A model generated the notes under the pieces. It saw nothing but the letters and a program-made list of their open reading frames with translations, did not search any database and had not been told where the DNA came from. A stretch of 64,000 nt of DNA from Escherichia coli (GTDB taxonomy: Bacteria; Pseudomonadota; Gammaproteobacteria; Enterobacterales; Enterobacteriaceae), in assembly GCF_013315695.1 (NCBI RefSeq), contig NZ_CP054353.1; one strand, 5' to 3'. Shown here piece by piece: positions 1-11,431 of the stretch; position 1 is the stretch's first letter, and the number at the start of each line of letters is the position of its first letter. The position numbers and the translations under genes are program-made.

Positions 1-1
1 T

Positions 2-1474
<1,473 letters not shown>

Positions 1475-1524
1475 TATTTTTACAGCCAGCCGCTAACTTC
1501 CTGCTGGCTGTAAAATTATCCTCT

Positions 1525-2127
1525 TCAGGAGGAGATATTTAACATCATTGCCGCCTGGGTGCGATTTTTCACTTCCAGACGGCGATACAGGGATTCCAGA
1601 TGCGCTTTTACCGTTCCGGTACTGATATTCAGCGCCCTGCCGATCTCCTTATTTGATTCGCCCGCCGCTAACATGGTTAAAATCTCCCGCTGGCGGGCGC
1701 TTAACGATTTGAGATCTTTAATGTCCTTTTCCGGCGTCGTTCGCCAGTCTCCCGGCAGAAACATCATCCCCATCGCCGCACTATTTACCGCCAACGCAAA
1801 TGTCTCGACGGTTGAATCACGAGGCACAATGGCCAGCACATTAAAATGGATAACCTCCTGTAACCACCGTTTATTGCAATCCGTCGCCGTAATTAACACC
1901 TTAACCTCAGGAAACTGCACCACGGTTTTTTGCAGCAACCAGTAGCAAAACTCACCATCCTGATCGCCATCGAGCATCACTAAGGCTTCAGGGTAACTTT
2001 CCAGCTTTTGCCATAACTCGTCTGCCTGACCGGCCCCCTGAATACTCACTCCTGGAATACGCTGCTGTAAACTGATTTTCATTCCATGAATAAATATTGA
2101 CTGCCTGTCAAACATGACTATTTGCAT
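1525..2127 (-). CDS. yhjB: LuxR/FixJ-type response-regulator-like transcription factor
   Basis: 200-aa ORF with C-terminal LuxR helix-turn-helix (…EIGRALNISTGTVKAHL…); K-12 gene order. Confidence 0.85.
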   Translation of the reverse strand: MQIVMFDRQSIFIHGMKISLQQRIPGVSIQGAGQADELWQKLESYPEALVMLDGDQDGEFCYWLLQKTVVQFPEVKVLITATDCNKRWLQEVIHFNVLAIVPRDSTVETFALAVNSAAMGMMFLPGDWRTTPEKDIKDLKSLSARQREILTMLAAGESNKEIGRALNISTGTVKAHLESLYRRLEVKNRTQAAMMLNISS

Positions 2128-2645
2128 AACTGAATCTCCACCTGAATACGTTAAAAAGACTTAAGTAGTGGAAGGGTATTACCCGCGAGAAAAAATAAGA
2201 ATTCGCCATTTGGCGGTGGCCATTCTACAGAGATGACGCGTAGAAAATAGTTACCGATATAAATAGTTACAGCTAAACGCCTGAAATTACATGTCGAGTG
2301 CACTATTTAAAACAATTTTGAGGATTTCCTTATATTGATGGTTAGTACGCATGCAATTAAAAATGAAACTCCGCGACCACAAGCAAAAATAACAAATGGC
2401 AATGAGACAAAAATAAGCACAAATAGCCAACACGTCCTCTGTTCACTTTAAAGGGAATCGCTGAAAAAAACGCTCTGTTTAGGGAAATTCACCTTTCTCA
2501 TAAAGCTATTCCGCCCTTTTCCTGCTGAGAAATCGCCACATTCGTCATGACAACATTGTGAAACCCGGCATTAGATGTTAGAAAAAACAAGGTGATGCTG
2601 CCAACTTACTGATTTAGTGTATGATGGTGTTTTTGAGGTGCTCCA

Positions 2646-2921
2646 GTGGCTTCTGTTTCTATCAGCTGTCCCTCCTGTTCAGCTACTGACGGGGTGGTGC
2701 GTAACGGCAAAAGCACCGCCGGACATCAGCGCTATCTCTGCTCTCACTGCCGTAAAACATGGCAACTGCAGTTCACTTACACCGCTTCTCAACCCGGTAC
2801 GCACCAGAAAATCATTGATATGGCCATGAATGGCGTTGGATGCCGGGCAACAGCCCGCATTATGGGCGTTGGCCTCAACACGATTTTACGTCACTTAAAA
2901 AACTCAGGCCGCAGTCGGTAA
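2646..2921 (+). CDS. insA: IS1 InsA
   Basis: 91-aa [25 protein letters not shown]… identical in all three IS1 copies. Confidence 0.9.
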
Positions 2922-3343
2922 CCTCGCGCATACAGCCGGGCAGTGACGTCATCGTCTGCGCGGAAATGGACGAACAGTGGGGCTATGTCGGGGCTAAATC
3001 GCGCCAGCGCTGGCTGTTTTACGCGTATGACAGGCTCCGGAAGACGGTTGTTGCGCACGTATTCGGTGAACGCACTATGGCGACGCTGGGGCGTCTTATG
3101 AGCCTGCTGTCACCCTTTGACGTGGTGATATGGATGACGGATGGCTGGCCGCTGTATGAATCCCGCCTGAAGGGAAAGCTGCACGTAATCAGCAAGCGAT
3201 ATACGCAGCGAATTGAGCGGCATAACCTGAATCTGAGGCAGCACCTGGCACGGCTGGGACGGAAGTCGCTGTCGTTCTCAAAATCGGTGGAGCTGCATGA
3301 CAAAGTCATCGGGCATTATCTGAACATAAAACACTATCAATAA
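2840..3343 (+). CDS. insB: IS1 InsB (expressed as InsAB' by -1 frameshift)
   Basis: 167-aa ORF overlapping insA in the -1 frame. Confidence 0.9.
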
Positions 3344-3423
3344 GTTGGAGTCATTACCAAAAAACAATAAACAATGCGATATGCGCGCTACTGTTTCGCT
3401 GTGAACAACAATCGGTCAAAGAA

Positions 3424-4323
3424 ATGGATAAAATTCACGCAATGCAGTTGTTCATCAAAGTCGCTGAGCTGGAAAGTTTTTCCCGCGCAGCGGATTTCTT
3501 TGCTTTGCCAAAGGGAAGTGTTTCGCGCCAGATACAGGCACTGGAACATCAACTTGGCACCCAGCTTCTCCAGCGCACCACGCGGCGGGTCAAACTCACG
3601 CCAGAAGGCATGACCTATTATCAACGGGCAAAAGATGTGTTGAGTAATCTCAACGAACTGGACGGTCTGTTTCAACAGGATGCCACCAGTATCAGCGGTA
3701 AATTACGCATCGACATCCCGCCAGGAATCGCGAAAAGCCTGTTACTGCCGCGCCTGTCGGAATTTCTCTATCTGCATCCGGGAATTGAGCTGGAGCTGAG
3801 TAGCCATGACCGTCCGGTAGATATTCTTCACGATGGTTTTGATTGCGTGATACGCACTGGCGCGTTACCGGAAGATGGCGTTATCGCCCGTCCCCTCGGC
3901 AAACTGACCGTGGTCAATTGTGCCAGTCCACACTATCTGACGCGCTTTGGTTATCCTCAAAGCCCCGACGATCTGACTTCGCACGCAATAGTGCGTTACA
4001 CACCGCACCTGGGTGTACATCCGTTAGGTTTTGAGGTTGCCAGCGTTAATGGCGTCCAGTGGTTTAAGTCTGGCGGCATGTTGACGGTAAACAGTCGCGA
4101 AAACTATCTCGCCGCCGGTCTTGCCGGTCTGGGGATTATTCAGATCCCGCGCATTGCCGTGCGCGAAGCCCTGCGTGCCGGGCGGCTTATTGAAGTGTTG
4201 CCTGGCTACCGTGCCGAGCCGCTGTCCCTTTCACTGGTTTATCCGCAGCGTCGGGAGCTTTCCCGGCGTGTAAACCTGTTTATGCAGTGGCTGGCTGGCG
4301 TAATGAAAGAGTACCTGGACTGA
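3424..4323 (+). CDS. yhjC: LysR-family transcriptional regulator
   Basis: 299-aa ORF with N-terminal LysR HTH (MQLFIKVAELESFSRAADFF…); start 65 bp from the IS1 end. Confidence 0.85.
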   Translation: MDKIHAMQLFIKVAELESFSRAADFFALPKGSVSRQIQALEHQLGTQLLQRTTRRVKLTPEGMTYYQRAKDVLSNLNELDGLFQQDATSISGKLRIDIPPGIAKSLLLPRLSEFLYLHPGIELELSSHDRPVDILHDGFDCVIRTGALPEDGVIARPLGKLTVVNCASPHYLTRFGYPQSPDDLTSHAIVRYTPHLGVHPLGFEVASVNGVQWFKSGGMLTVNSRENYLAAGLAGLGIIQIPRIAVREALRAGRLIEVLPGYRAEPLSLSLVYPQRRELSRRVNLFMQWLAGVMKEYLD

Positions 4324-4371
4324 CCGACTATACTTTTTAAGAATGACCACGACAGAAGGACAAAAGAGCGG

Positions 4372-5385
4372 ATGACGCAGGAAAACGAGATCAAACGTCC
4401 CACCCAGGATCTGGAGCACGAGCCGATTAAGCAGTTGGATAATAGCGAGAAAGGCGGCAAAGTTAGCCAGGCGCTGGAAACCGTCACCACTACTGCCGAG
4501 AAAGTCCAACGCCAACCGGTTATTGCGCACCTGATTCGCGCGACAGAACGCTTTAACGATCGGCTGGGTAACCAGTTTGGTGCGGCTATCACCTATTTCT
4601 CATTTTTGTCGATGATCCCGATTTTGATGGTGTCGTTTGCCGCAGGGGGCTTTGTGCTGGCCTCCCATCCGATGTTGCTACAGGATATCTTCGACAAAAT
4701 TCTGCAAAACATCAGCGATCCGACGCTAGCCGCCACGTTGAAAAACACCATCAACACCGCCGTTCAGCAGCGTACGACTGTAGGGCTTGTCGGCCTGGCG
4801 GTGGCACTTTATTCCGGCATCAACTGGATGGGTAACCTGCGTGAAGCGATTCGTGCCCAGTCGCGCGATGTCTGGGAACGCTCGCCGCAAGATCAGGAGA
4901 AGTTCTGGGTAAAATATCTGCGTGATTTTATTTCGCTGATTGGTTTGTTGATTGCGCTGATTGTGACGCTTTCTATCACCTCGGTTGCCGGTTCTGCGCA
5001 GCAAATGATTATTAGCGCCCTGCACCTGAACAGCATTGAGTGGCTGAAACCGACGTGGCGGTTGATTGGCCTGGCGATTTCCATCTTCGCCAACTATCTG
5101 CTTTTCTTCTGGATCTTCTGGCGGTTACCGCGCCACCGTCCGCGCAAAAAAGCCCTGATTCGCGGAACATTTCTGGCTGCTATTGGTTTTGAAGTGATTA
5201 AAATTGTGATGACTTACACCCTGCCATCGCTGATGAAATCCCCCTCTGGCGCAGCATTTGGTTCCGTGCTGGGGCTGATGGCATTTTTCTACTTCTTCGC
5301 CCGTTTGACGCTGTTTTGCGCGGCGTGGATTGCCACCGCCGAATATAAAGACGACCCGCGAATGCCGGGGAAAACGCAGCGGTAA
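4372..5385 (+). CDS. yhjD: Inner-membrane protein YhjD
   Basis: 337-aa multi-pass membrane ORF; K-12 synteny. Confidence 0.8.
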   Translation: MTQENEIKRPTQDLEHEPIKQLDNSEKGGKVSQALETVTTTAEKVQRQPVIAHLIRATERFNDRLGNQFGAAITYFSFLSMIPILMVSFAAGGFVLASHPMLLQDIFDKILQNISDPTLAATLKNTINTAVQQRTTVGLVGLAVALYSGINWMGNLREAIRAQSRDVWERSPQDQEKFWVKYLRDFISLIGLLIALIVTLSITSVAGSAQQMIISALHLNSIEWLKPTWRLIGLAISIFANYLLFFWIFWRLPRHRPRKKALIRGTFLAAIGFEVIKIVMTYTLPSLMKSPSGAAFGSVLGLMAFFYFFARLTLFCAAWIATAEYKDDPRMPGKTQR

Positions 5386-5776
5386 TTCATTGGTTTATAA
5401 TGCCTGATAAACGCACGGTCGATCCCCTCGCCCCTTCGGGGAGAGGATTAGGGTGAGGGGGTACAAGCCAGCCAGAGACCAGGCAATGACATGCACATAA
5501 CCACCTGAAACTACATCTCTTCAGGAGCAAACAATTTCATTCCAACTCATAACCCCAGCATATAAATCCAGTTGGTAACTTTTATTTAACCTGAAACCAG
5601 TTTTATCCACTATTTATAAAATTATGTGAAGCATTTCATAGAAGAAAAATCACTGGCCTAAACATTATCCCCTTTTTGCCTGGTTTTTGACCATTTCCGC
5701 GATTTGTTACACATTGAAATATCACTTTTGCTGTGCGTAATATGGCTATTCGTTAGCCAAAAAATAAGAAAAGATT

Positions 5777-7099
5777 ATGCAAGCAACAGCCACAACACTC
5801 GACCACGAGCAAGAATACACGCCGATCAACTCGCGTAATAAAGTCCTTGTCGCCTCTCTCATTGGCACGGCCATTGAGTTCTTCGACTTTTATATTTACG
5901 CCACTGCGGCCGTTATTGTGTTTCCGCATATCTTCTTCCCGCAGGGTGATCCTACGGCAGCAACGCTACAGTCGCTTGCCACCTTCGCCATCGCCTTCGT
6001 CGCGCGCCCCATTGGCTCTGCCGTTTTTGGTCATTTTGGCGATCGCGTTGGGCGTAAAGCGACGCTGGTCGCCTCGTTGCTAACGATGGGGATTTCGACC
6101 GTGGTGATTGGTCTGCTGCCGGGCTATGCCACGATTGGTATTTTCGCCCCGCTGCTGCTGGCGCTGGCTCGATTTGGTCAGGGTCTGGGTTTAGGCGGCG
6201 AATGGGGCGGAGCGGCTCTGCTGGCGACTGAAAACGCCCCACCGCGCAAACGTGCACTGTATGGCTCCTTCCCGCAGCTGGGCGCACCGATTGGCTTCTT
6301 CTTTGCCAACGGCACTTTCTTACTGCTTTCCTGGCTACTGACCGACGAGCAGTTTATGAGCTGGGGCTGGCGCGTGCCGTTTATCTTCTCGGCGGTGCTG
6401 GTCATTATCGGCCTGTATGTTCGCGTGTCGCTGCATGAGTCGCCGGTGTTTGAGAAAGTCGCTAAAGCGAAAAAACAGGTGAAGATCCCGCTGGGTACGC
6501 TGCTGACCAAACATGTTCGCGTAACCGTACTGGGTACGTTCATTATGCTGGCAACCTATACGCTGTTTTACATCATGACGGTCTACTCTATGACCTTTAG
6601 TACCGCCGCCGCGCCAGTTGGGCTTGGCCTGCCGCGTAACGAAGTATTGTGGATGCTGATGATGGCAGTGATTGGTTTTGGCGTGATGGTGCCAGTCGCC
6701 GGATTACTGGCTGATGCCTTTGGTCGCCGTAAAAGCATGGTAATCATCACCACGCTGATCATCCTGTTCGCGCTGTTCGCCTTTAACCCTCTGCTCGGTT
6801 CTGGCAACCCGATTCTGGTTTTTGCCTTCCTGCTGCTGGGGTTAAGTCTGATGGGACTGACCTTCGGGCCGATGGGCGCGCTGTTACCAGAGCTGTTCCC
6901 GACAGAAGTGCGTTACACCGGAGCATCGTTCTCTTACAACGTAGCGTCGATTCTCGGGGCTTCCGTTGCGCCGTATATCGCAGCCTGGTTGCAGACTAAC
7001 TACGGGTTAGGTGCGGTGGGGTTATATCTGGCGGCGATGGCTGGCTTGACGTTAATCGCCCTGCTGCTGACCCATGAGACACGACATCAGTCGTTGTAA
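5777..7099 (+). CDS. yhjE: MFS transporter
   Basis: 440-aa ORF with MFS signature GHFGDRVGRK; synteny. Confidence 0.85.
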   Translation: MQATATTLDHEQEYTPINSRNKVLVASLIGTAIEFFDFYIYATAAVIVFPHIFFPQGDPTAATLQSLATFAIAFVARPIGSAVFGHFGDRVGRKATLVASLLTMGISTVVIGLLPGYATIGIFAPLLLALARFGQGLGLGGEWGGAALLATENAPPRKRALYGSFPQLGAPIGFFFANGTFLLLSWLLTDEQFMSWGWRVPFIFSAVLVIIGLYVRVSLHESPVFEKVAKAKKQVKIPLGTLLTKHVRVTVLGTFIMLATYTLFYIMTVYSMTFSTAAAPVGLGLPRNEVLWMLMMAVIGFGVMVPVAGLLADAFGRRKSMVIITTLIILFALFAFNPLLGSGNPILVFAFLLLGLSLMGLTFGPMGALLPELFPTEVRYTGASFSYNVASILGASVAPYIAAWLQTNYGLGAVGLYLAAMAGLTLIALLLTHETRHQSL

Positions 7100-7109
7100 T
7101 AAGAGTGAA

Positions 7110-7275
7110 AAGCCTGATGCGCTACGCTTATCAGGCCAGAATTTCCATACAATATATTGAATTAGCAAGGATTTGTAAGCCGGAGGCGTTCACGCCGCAT
7201 CCGGCATGAACAAAGCACACTTTGCCAACAATCTAAATCTGTTTAATTGCCGGATGTCAGACATCCGGCAATTAT
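7110..7275. repeat. Cluster of REP/BIME-like palindromic units between yhjE and yhjG
   Basis: Imperfect palindromes GCCTGATGCGCTACGCTTATCAGGCC, GCCGGAGGCGTTCACGCCGCATCCGGC, TGCCGGATGTCAGACATCCGGCA. Confidence 0.6.
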
Positions 7276-7277
7276 CA

Positions 7278-9353
7278 TCACTTCTTCATCTGCGACAAAA
7301 TTGTCCTGCACTGATTAGCCTCCCCTTCGGAAGGTGAGATCAGCGCCAGTAACGCCGCCGCCGGTGTTACCAGCGTTGCCAGTGCCGCCGCAACGGCTCC
7401 GCGAGCAATCAACGGCCCGGCTTTCACCCCAGCCTGCGGATTTTTAAACGTCCCACGTACATACAGCGGCGAACGCAATGTGATAATCCGAATCCCTTTA
7501 CTCTCCGGATCAATAGTCAAATCCAGCTGTTCCGAAGCAAAACTTGCCGTACCGGTAACGTTAATCAACGCGTTCTCAGTATCGAAAGCAAAAATCTGCG
7601 GGCGCGCCACGCCGTTGGCAATATCCAGATTCGCCGCCGCACAGTTCACCCGCACCTCATCATCACCAAATATCGCACCGACAATGTAGTTACCGACATT
7701 CAGCCCGACAATCTCCATCAGGTTGCGGCTCACCAGCCCGTCATTCATCAGCAGTTTCAGGTTGCCGTTACTGTTGCCTAAAAGCGCCGCCACCGAGTTA
7801 CCGCTACCGCGTAGTTCCGCGTCACCGTTCATTTCCCCCAGCGTCTTCTGCATCAGTTCCACATCGGGCATCAGTTCTTTCAGTTTCAGTCGACGAGCCT
7901 GAATATCTGCCCGCCCTTGCATCGGTTTTTTATCACCTTCCAGATGAATATTCGCCGCAATGCTGCCGCCCGCCATGCCAAATTTCAGCGGTTGCAGGCG
8001 CAGGTCAGCATTTTTGAGGATGATATGAGTAGAAAGATCGCTAATCGGCAGGCTACTGCCATGCTCAATGCGCCGCCCTTTGAAGCGAACATCGGCATCC
8101 ATAACGTCCCATTTATCGGTTTCGAAGCGGTCATAAGGCAGCACTTTGCCCGCAGGCTGAACGCTTTTTTCACCCTTCTTCTGTTCAGACCGTGTCGACT
8201 TTTCAGCTCCTTTCCCGGAATCAACGCCAATCAACGGTCCCAGGTCCGCCAGCCGCAATTGCCGCGACTCGACATCACCTTCCAGTTTTGGTCGTGGCTT
8301 GCCGGTGGTGTAGACCAGAGAACCGTGGATATCGCTATCGCCAATGCGCCCATTAAAGCCGCGATAATCAAAGACCGACGATTTTTCAGTGTCGATTTTC
8401 GCTACCAGCCGACCATCCGTTTCAAACGGCGGGGTATCGGGCAGCAGAACGCCCGTCAGTTCATAGAGATCACCCAGCGAATCGCCAGAAAATTTAAGCC
8501 GTAAATCGACACCCCCCATCTTCATTGGGTCATTCACAACGCCATCAAAAGCAACACGGGTGTTACCAGAGCGGAAATCAGCCTGTACCGGAAACGGCGT
8601 ACCTTCGCCACGCAGCGCCAGCATACCGCCTATTTTTCCCGTACCAGTGAGCGGTTCACCGTTATAACGTCCCTGCGCCTTCAGGCCAAAAACGTAATCA
8701 CCCACCTTTTCTTTATCCGCTTTACCTTTCGATCCAGTAACTTCGCTGAACGGCAGCGGCTTGCCTAACGGATCGACAAAAATTTCTAGATCCGCTTTGC
8801 TTACTTTGTCATCAATGGCGATCCGCCCTTGATCGAACAGAATATTATCCAGCCGAAACGACCATGCCGACGGCTTTGCATTCGCGTCTTTGTTGTCATC
8901 GCTGGCAAGATTAAACGTCCAGTTATTGTTCTTTTCAGAGAGGCGAATCAGGCGCGCGTCGGGCTTTTCGAGCTTGACCCACGGCAGCCAGACCGTTTTG
9001 GACAGCAGCGCCAGCGGTGCCAGCGTCGCTTCTACGCGTGGCAAATGCACCATTGTGACTTCGGGAATATCTGGTGGGTTGCCGAGAATGATGTCTTCCG
9101 CGTGTACATGAGGCCACGGCACCCAGCTGCGCCAGCCGGTTTCCTGTTTTTGCCGCTCCCACACCACGCCCAGATCGCCACGGATAGCGAACGGACGATT
9201 CAACTCCGCAGAGACTTTCTGGTTGATGGTCGGTTTGAGTCGATTCCAGTCAAAAGTTGCAATCAAAATGATCGCCACGACAATCAACAACAAGAAAGCC
9301 CCTGAAATCGCAGCGGTTATTTTGCCTGCCTTGCTCATCGTTCGCTTCCTCAT
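7278..9353 (-). CDS. yhjG: AsmA-family outer-membrane biogenesis protein
   Basis: 691-aa ORF with N-terminal membrane anchor; synteny. Confidence 0.8.
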   Translation of the reverse strand: MRKRTMSKAGKITAAISGAFLLLIVVAIILIATFDWNRLKPTINQKVSAELNRPFAIRGDLGVVWERQKQETGWRSWVPWPHVHAEDIILGNPPDIPEVTMVHLPRVEATLAPLALLSKTVWLPWVKLEKPDARLIRLSEKNNNWTFNLASDDNKDANAKPSAWSFRLDNILFDQGRIAIDDKVSKADLEIFVDPLGKPLPFSEVTGSKGKADKEKVGDYVFGLKAQGRYNGEPLTGTGKIGGMLALRGEGTPFPVQADFRSGNTRVAFDGVVNDPMKMGGVDLRLKFSGDSLGDLYELTGVLLPDTPPFETDGRLVAKIDTEKSSVFDYRGFNGRIGDSDIHGSLVYTTGKPRPKLEGDVESRQLRLADLGPLIGVDSGKGAEKSTRSEQKKGEKSVQPAGKVLPYDRFETDKWDVMDADVRFKGRRIEHGSSLPISDLSTHIILKNADLRLQPLKFGMAGGSIAANIHLEGDKKPMQGRADIQARRLKLKELMPDVELMQKTLGEMNGDAELRGSGNSVAALLGNSNGNLKLLMNDGLVSRNLMEIVGLNVGNYIVGAIFGDDEVRVNCAAANLDIANGVARPQIFAFDTENALINVTGTASFASEQLDLTIDPESKGIRIITLRSPLYVRGTFKNPQAGVKAGPLIARGAVAAALATLVTPAAALLALISPSEGEANQCRTILSQMKK

Positions 9354-9407
9354 ATTCTTCCTGTGCCAGTCCTAAAGATAGTCCAGCCAGGCGGAAAATG
9401 AGGCAGC

Positions 9408-10175
9408 TTATAGCGCCAGAACCGCCGTATTCAGCGTTTCTATCGGTGCCGGGCGTGAAAGAAACCAGCCTTGTGCGGCGAATGCGGGCGAGTTCTGTAC
9501 ATCGCGCCACTCTTCCGGCGTTTCTACGCCCTCGACGATCACCCCGCGACAATAGCGATTCATGAGATGTAAAAGCTGAGAAAAGAGTGTGCGTCCTTCC
9601 GGCGACTGACGCAGCATCACAAACAGTTCTCGCGCGATTTTGATGTAGTCATAACGCACTTCACTTAGTGCAGAGAAATTTGCCATCCCGGTACCAAAAT
9701 CATCCAGCCACAGCGGGCCAAATTCACACATCGAGGCAAAGGTTGAATCTTTCGGCAGGCGGATGTGTTCCACCAGTTCGAAACGCAGCCAGGGAAGATC
9801 CTCAATCTGGCGCAGGATTTTTGGTTGCTGACGCAGGGCGATGAGCGTAGGGCCATCAATATTGACCGATGCCAGCAGGCCGTGCTCTACAAAGAAGTCG
9901 GCTTTTTGCGCCAGCAAATCAATCTGCTCTTTCACAACTTCCATCCGATGGCTAACGGTGATTTCAGTAAAATAGCGATCCGGCGGCAGGCGTTGCGAAG
10001 GGTTCAAGGGATGCGTGACCACCGTTAATAGCTCCACGGCCATTAACCGCCCGCATGTTTGATAGATCGGCTGCCAGGTGTAAGCACGCTCACACTGCAA
10101 CCAAAAACGCCGTTCCTGCAAGCTCTCGATGCTTGCTTCAGGGTTGCTTATTCGCTGGATAACCTGCCTTATCAT
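9408..10175 (-). CDS. pdeH: EAL-domain c-di-GMP phosphodiesterase
   Basis: ORF 9408..10220; likely start at MIRQVIQ (255 aa); EAL motif ELLTVV; divergent from kdgK. Confidence 0.85.
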   Translation of the reverse strand: MIRQVIQRISNPEASIESLQERRFWLQCERAYTWQPIYQTCGRLMAVELLTVVTHPLNPSQRLPPDRYFTEITVSHRMEVVKEQIDLLAQKADFFVEHGLLASVNIDGPTLIALRQQPKILRQIEDLPWLRFELVEHIRLPKDSTFASMCEFGPLWLDDFGTGMANFSALSEVRYDYIKIARELFVMLRQSPEGRTLFSQLLHLMNRYCRGVIVEGVETPEEWRDVQNSPAFAAQGWFLSRPAPIETLNTAVLAL

Positions 10176-10406
10176 CAAAGATGTCCTGTGTTTAAAAGTG
10201 ATGCTGCCCGGACTCGACAAAGATTATCGGCGCGCAAGGGCAGAACTTTACCGCCTGGCTGGGGTAAATTTCCCCACTCCACAACGGAATCTTTCAGGAA
10301 TACGTTCTGGCTCAAAAAAATAATGGAACACTGTTTTAATATGGTTGACCAGCAAACCACCACAGCGCAAACTAACGCTAATTTTTTACAGATCAGGTTC
10401 ACGACT

Positions 10407-11336
10407 ATGTCCAAAAAGATTGCCGTGATTGGCGAATGCATGATTGAGCTTTCCGAGAAAGGCGCGGACGTTAAGCGCGGTTTCGGCGGCGATACCCTGA
10501 ACACTTCCGTCTATATCGCCCGTCAGGTCGATCCTGCGGCATTAACCGTTCATTACGTAACGGCGCTGGGAACGGACAGTTTTAGCCAGCAGATGCTGGA
10601 CGCCTGGCACGGCGAGAACGTTGATACTTCCCTGACCCAACGGATGGAAAACCGTCTGCCGGGCCTTTACTACATTGAAACCGACAGCACCGGCGAACGT
10701 ACGTTCTACTACTGGCGTAACGAAGCCGCCGCCAAATTCTGGCTGGAGAGTGAGCAATCCGCGGCGATTTGCGAAGAGCTGGCGAATTTCGATTATCTCT
10801 ACCTGAGCGGGATTAGCCTGGCGATCTTAAGCCCGACCAGCCGCGAAAAGCTGCTTTCCCTGCTGCGCGAATGCCGCGCCAACGGCGGAAAAGTGATTTT
10901 CGACAATAACTATCGTCCGCGCCTGTGGGCCAGCAAAGAAGAGACACAGCAGGTGTACCAACAAATGCTGGAATGCACGGATATCGCCTTCCTGACGCTG
11001 GACGATGAAGACGCGCTGTGGGGTCAACAGCCGGTGGAAGACGTCATTGCGCGCACCCATAACGCGGGCGTGAAAGAAGTGGTGGTGAAACGCGGGGCGG
11101 ATTCTTGCCTGGTGTCCATTGCTGGCGAAGGGTTAGTGGATGTTCCGGCGGTAAAACTGCCGAAAGAAAAAGTGATCGATACCACCGCAGCTGGCGACTC
11201 TTTCAGTGCCGGTTATCTGGCGGTACGTTTGACGGGCGGCAGTGCGGAAGACGCAGCGAAACGCGGGCACCTGACCGCAAGTACCGTTATTCAGTATCGC
11301 GGCGCGATTATCCCGCGTGAAGCGATGCCAGCGTAA
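10407..11336 (+). CDS. kdgK: 2-dehydro-3-deoxygluconokinase
   Basis: Start MSKKIAVIGECMIEL within ORF 10059..11336; PfkB-family kinase motifs. Confidence 0.85.
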   Translation: MSKKIAVIGECMIELSEKGADVKRGFGGDTLNTSVYIARQVDPAALTVHYVTALGTDSFSQQMLDAWHGENVDTSLTQRMENRLPGLYYIETDSTGERTFYYWRNEAAAKFWLESEQSAAICEELANFDYLYLSGISLAILSPTSREKLLSLLRECRANGGKVIFDNNYRPRLWASKEETQQVYQQMLECTDIAFLTLDDEDALWGQQPVEDVIARTHNAGVKEVVVKRGADSCLVSIAGEGLVDVPAVKLPKEKVIDTTAAGDSFSAGYLAVRLTGGSAEDAAKRGHLTASTVIQYRGAIIPREAMPA

Positions 11337-11354
11337 AAGCAGCATATGCAAAAG

Positions 11355-11385
11355 GCTGGATAGAGTGTTACCCCCCTATCCAGCT
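11355..11385 (-). terminator. Hairpin downstream of yhjJ (GCTGGATAG…CTATCCAGC)
   Basis: Inverted repeat read from sequence; U-rich tract on the minus strand. Confidence 0.4.
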
Positions 11386-11431
11386 CATCCATAAATACCT
11401 GATGGTTGTGCTAACTCATCACCATCAGGCA

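Larger units (their letters stand above)
2591..3358 (+). mobile_element. IS1 copy 1, 768 bp, simple insertion flanked by 9-bp direct repeat AAAAAACAA (2582-2590 and 3359-3367)
   Basis: Canonical IS1 ends GGTGATGCTGCCAACTTACTGAT … ATCAATAAGTTGGAGTCATTACC read directly; insA and insB ORFs inside. Confidence 0.95.

Noticed and set aside
1476-1520. Hairpin ACAGCCAGC…GCTGGCTGT between treF and yhjB as a bidirectional terminator
   Set aside because: The inverted repeat is clear, but there is no uridine tract immediately 3' of the stem on either strand, so a terminator call is not supported.
5400-5470. GC-rich palindrome CCCTCGCCCCTTCGGGGAGAGG…GGGTGAGGGGG downstream of yhjD
   Set aside because: Probably a REP-like intergenic hairpin or terminator; too short and unsupported to call as a distinct element or RNA gene.
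7917-8504. 195-aa ORF antisense to yhjG
   Set aside because: Embedded in the opposite strand of a long conserved ORF; no ribosome-binding site or operon context.
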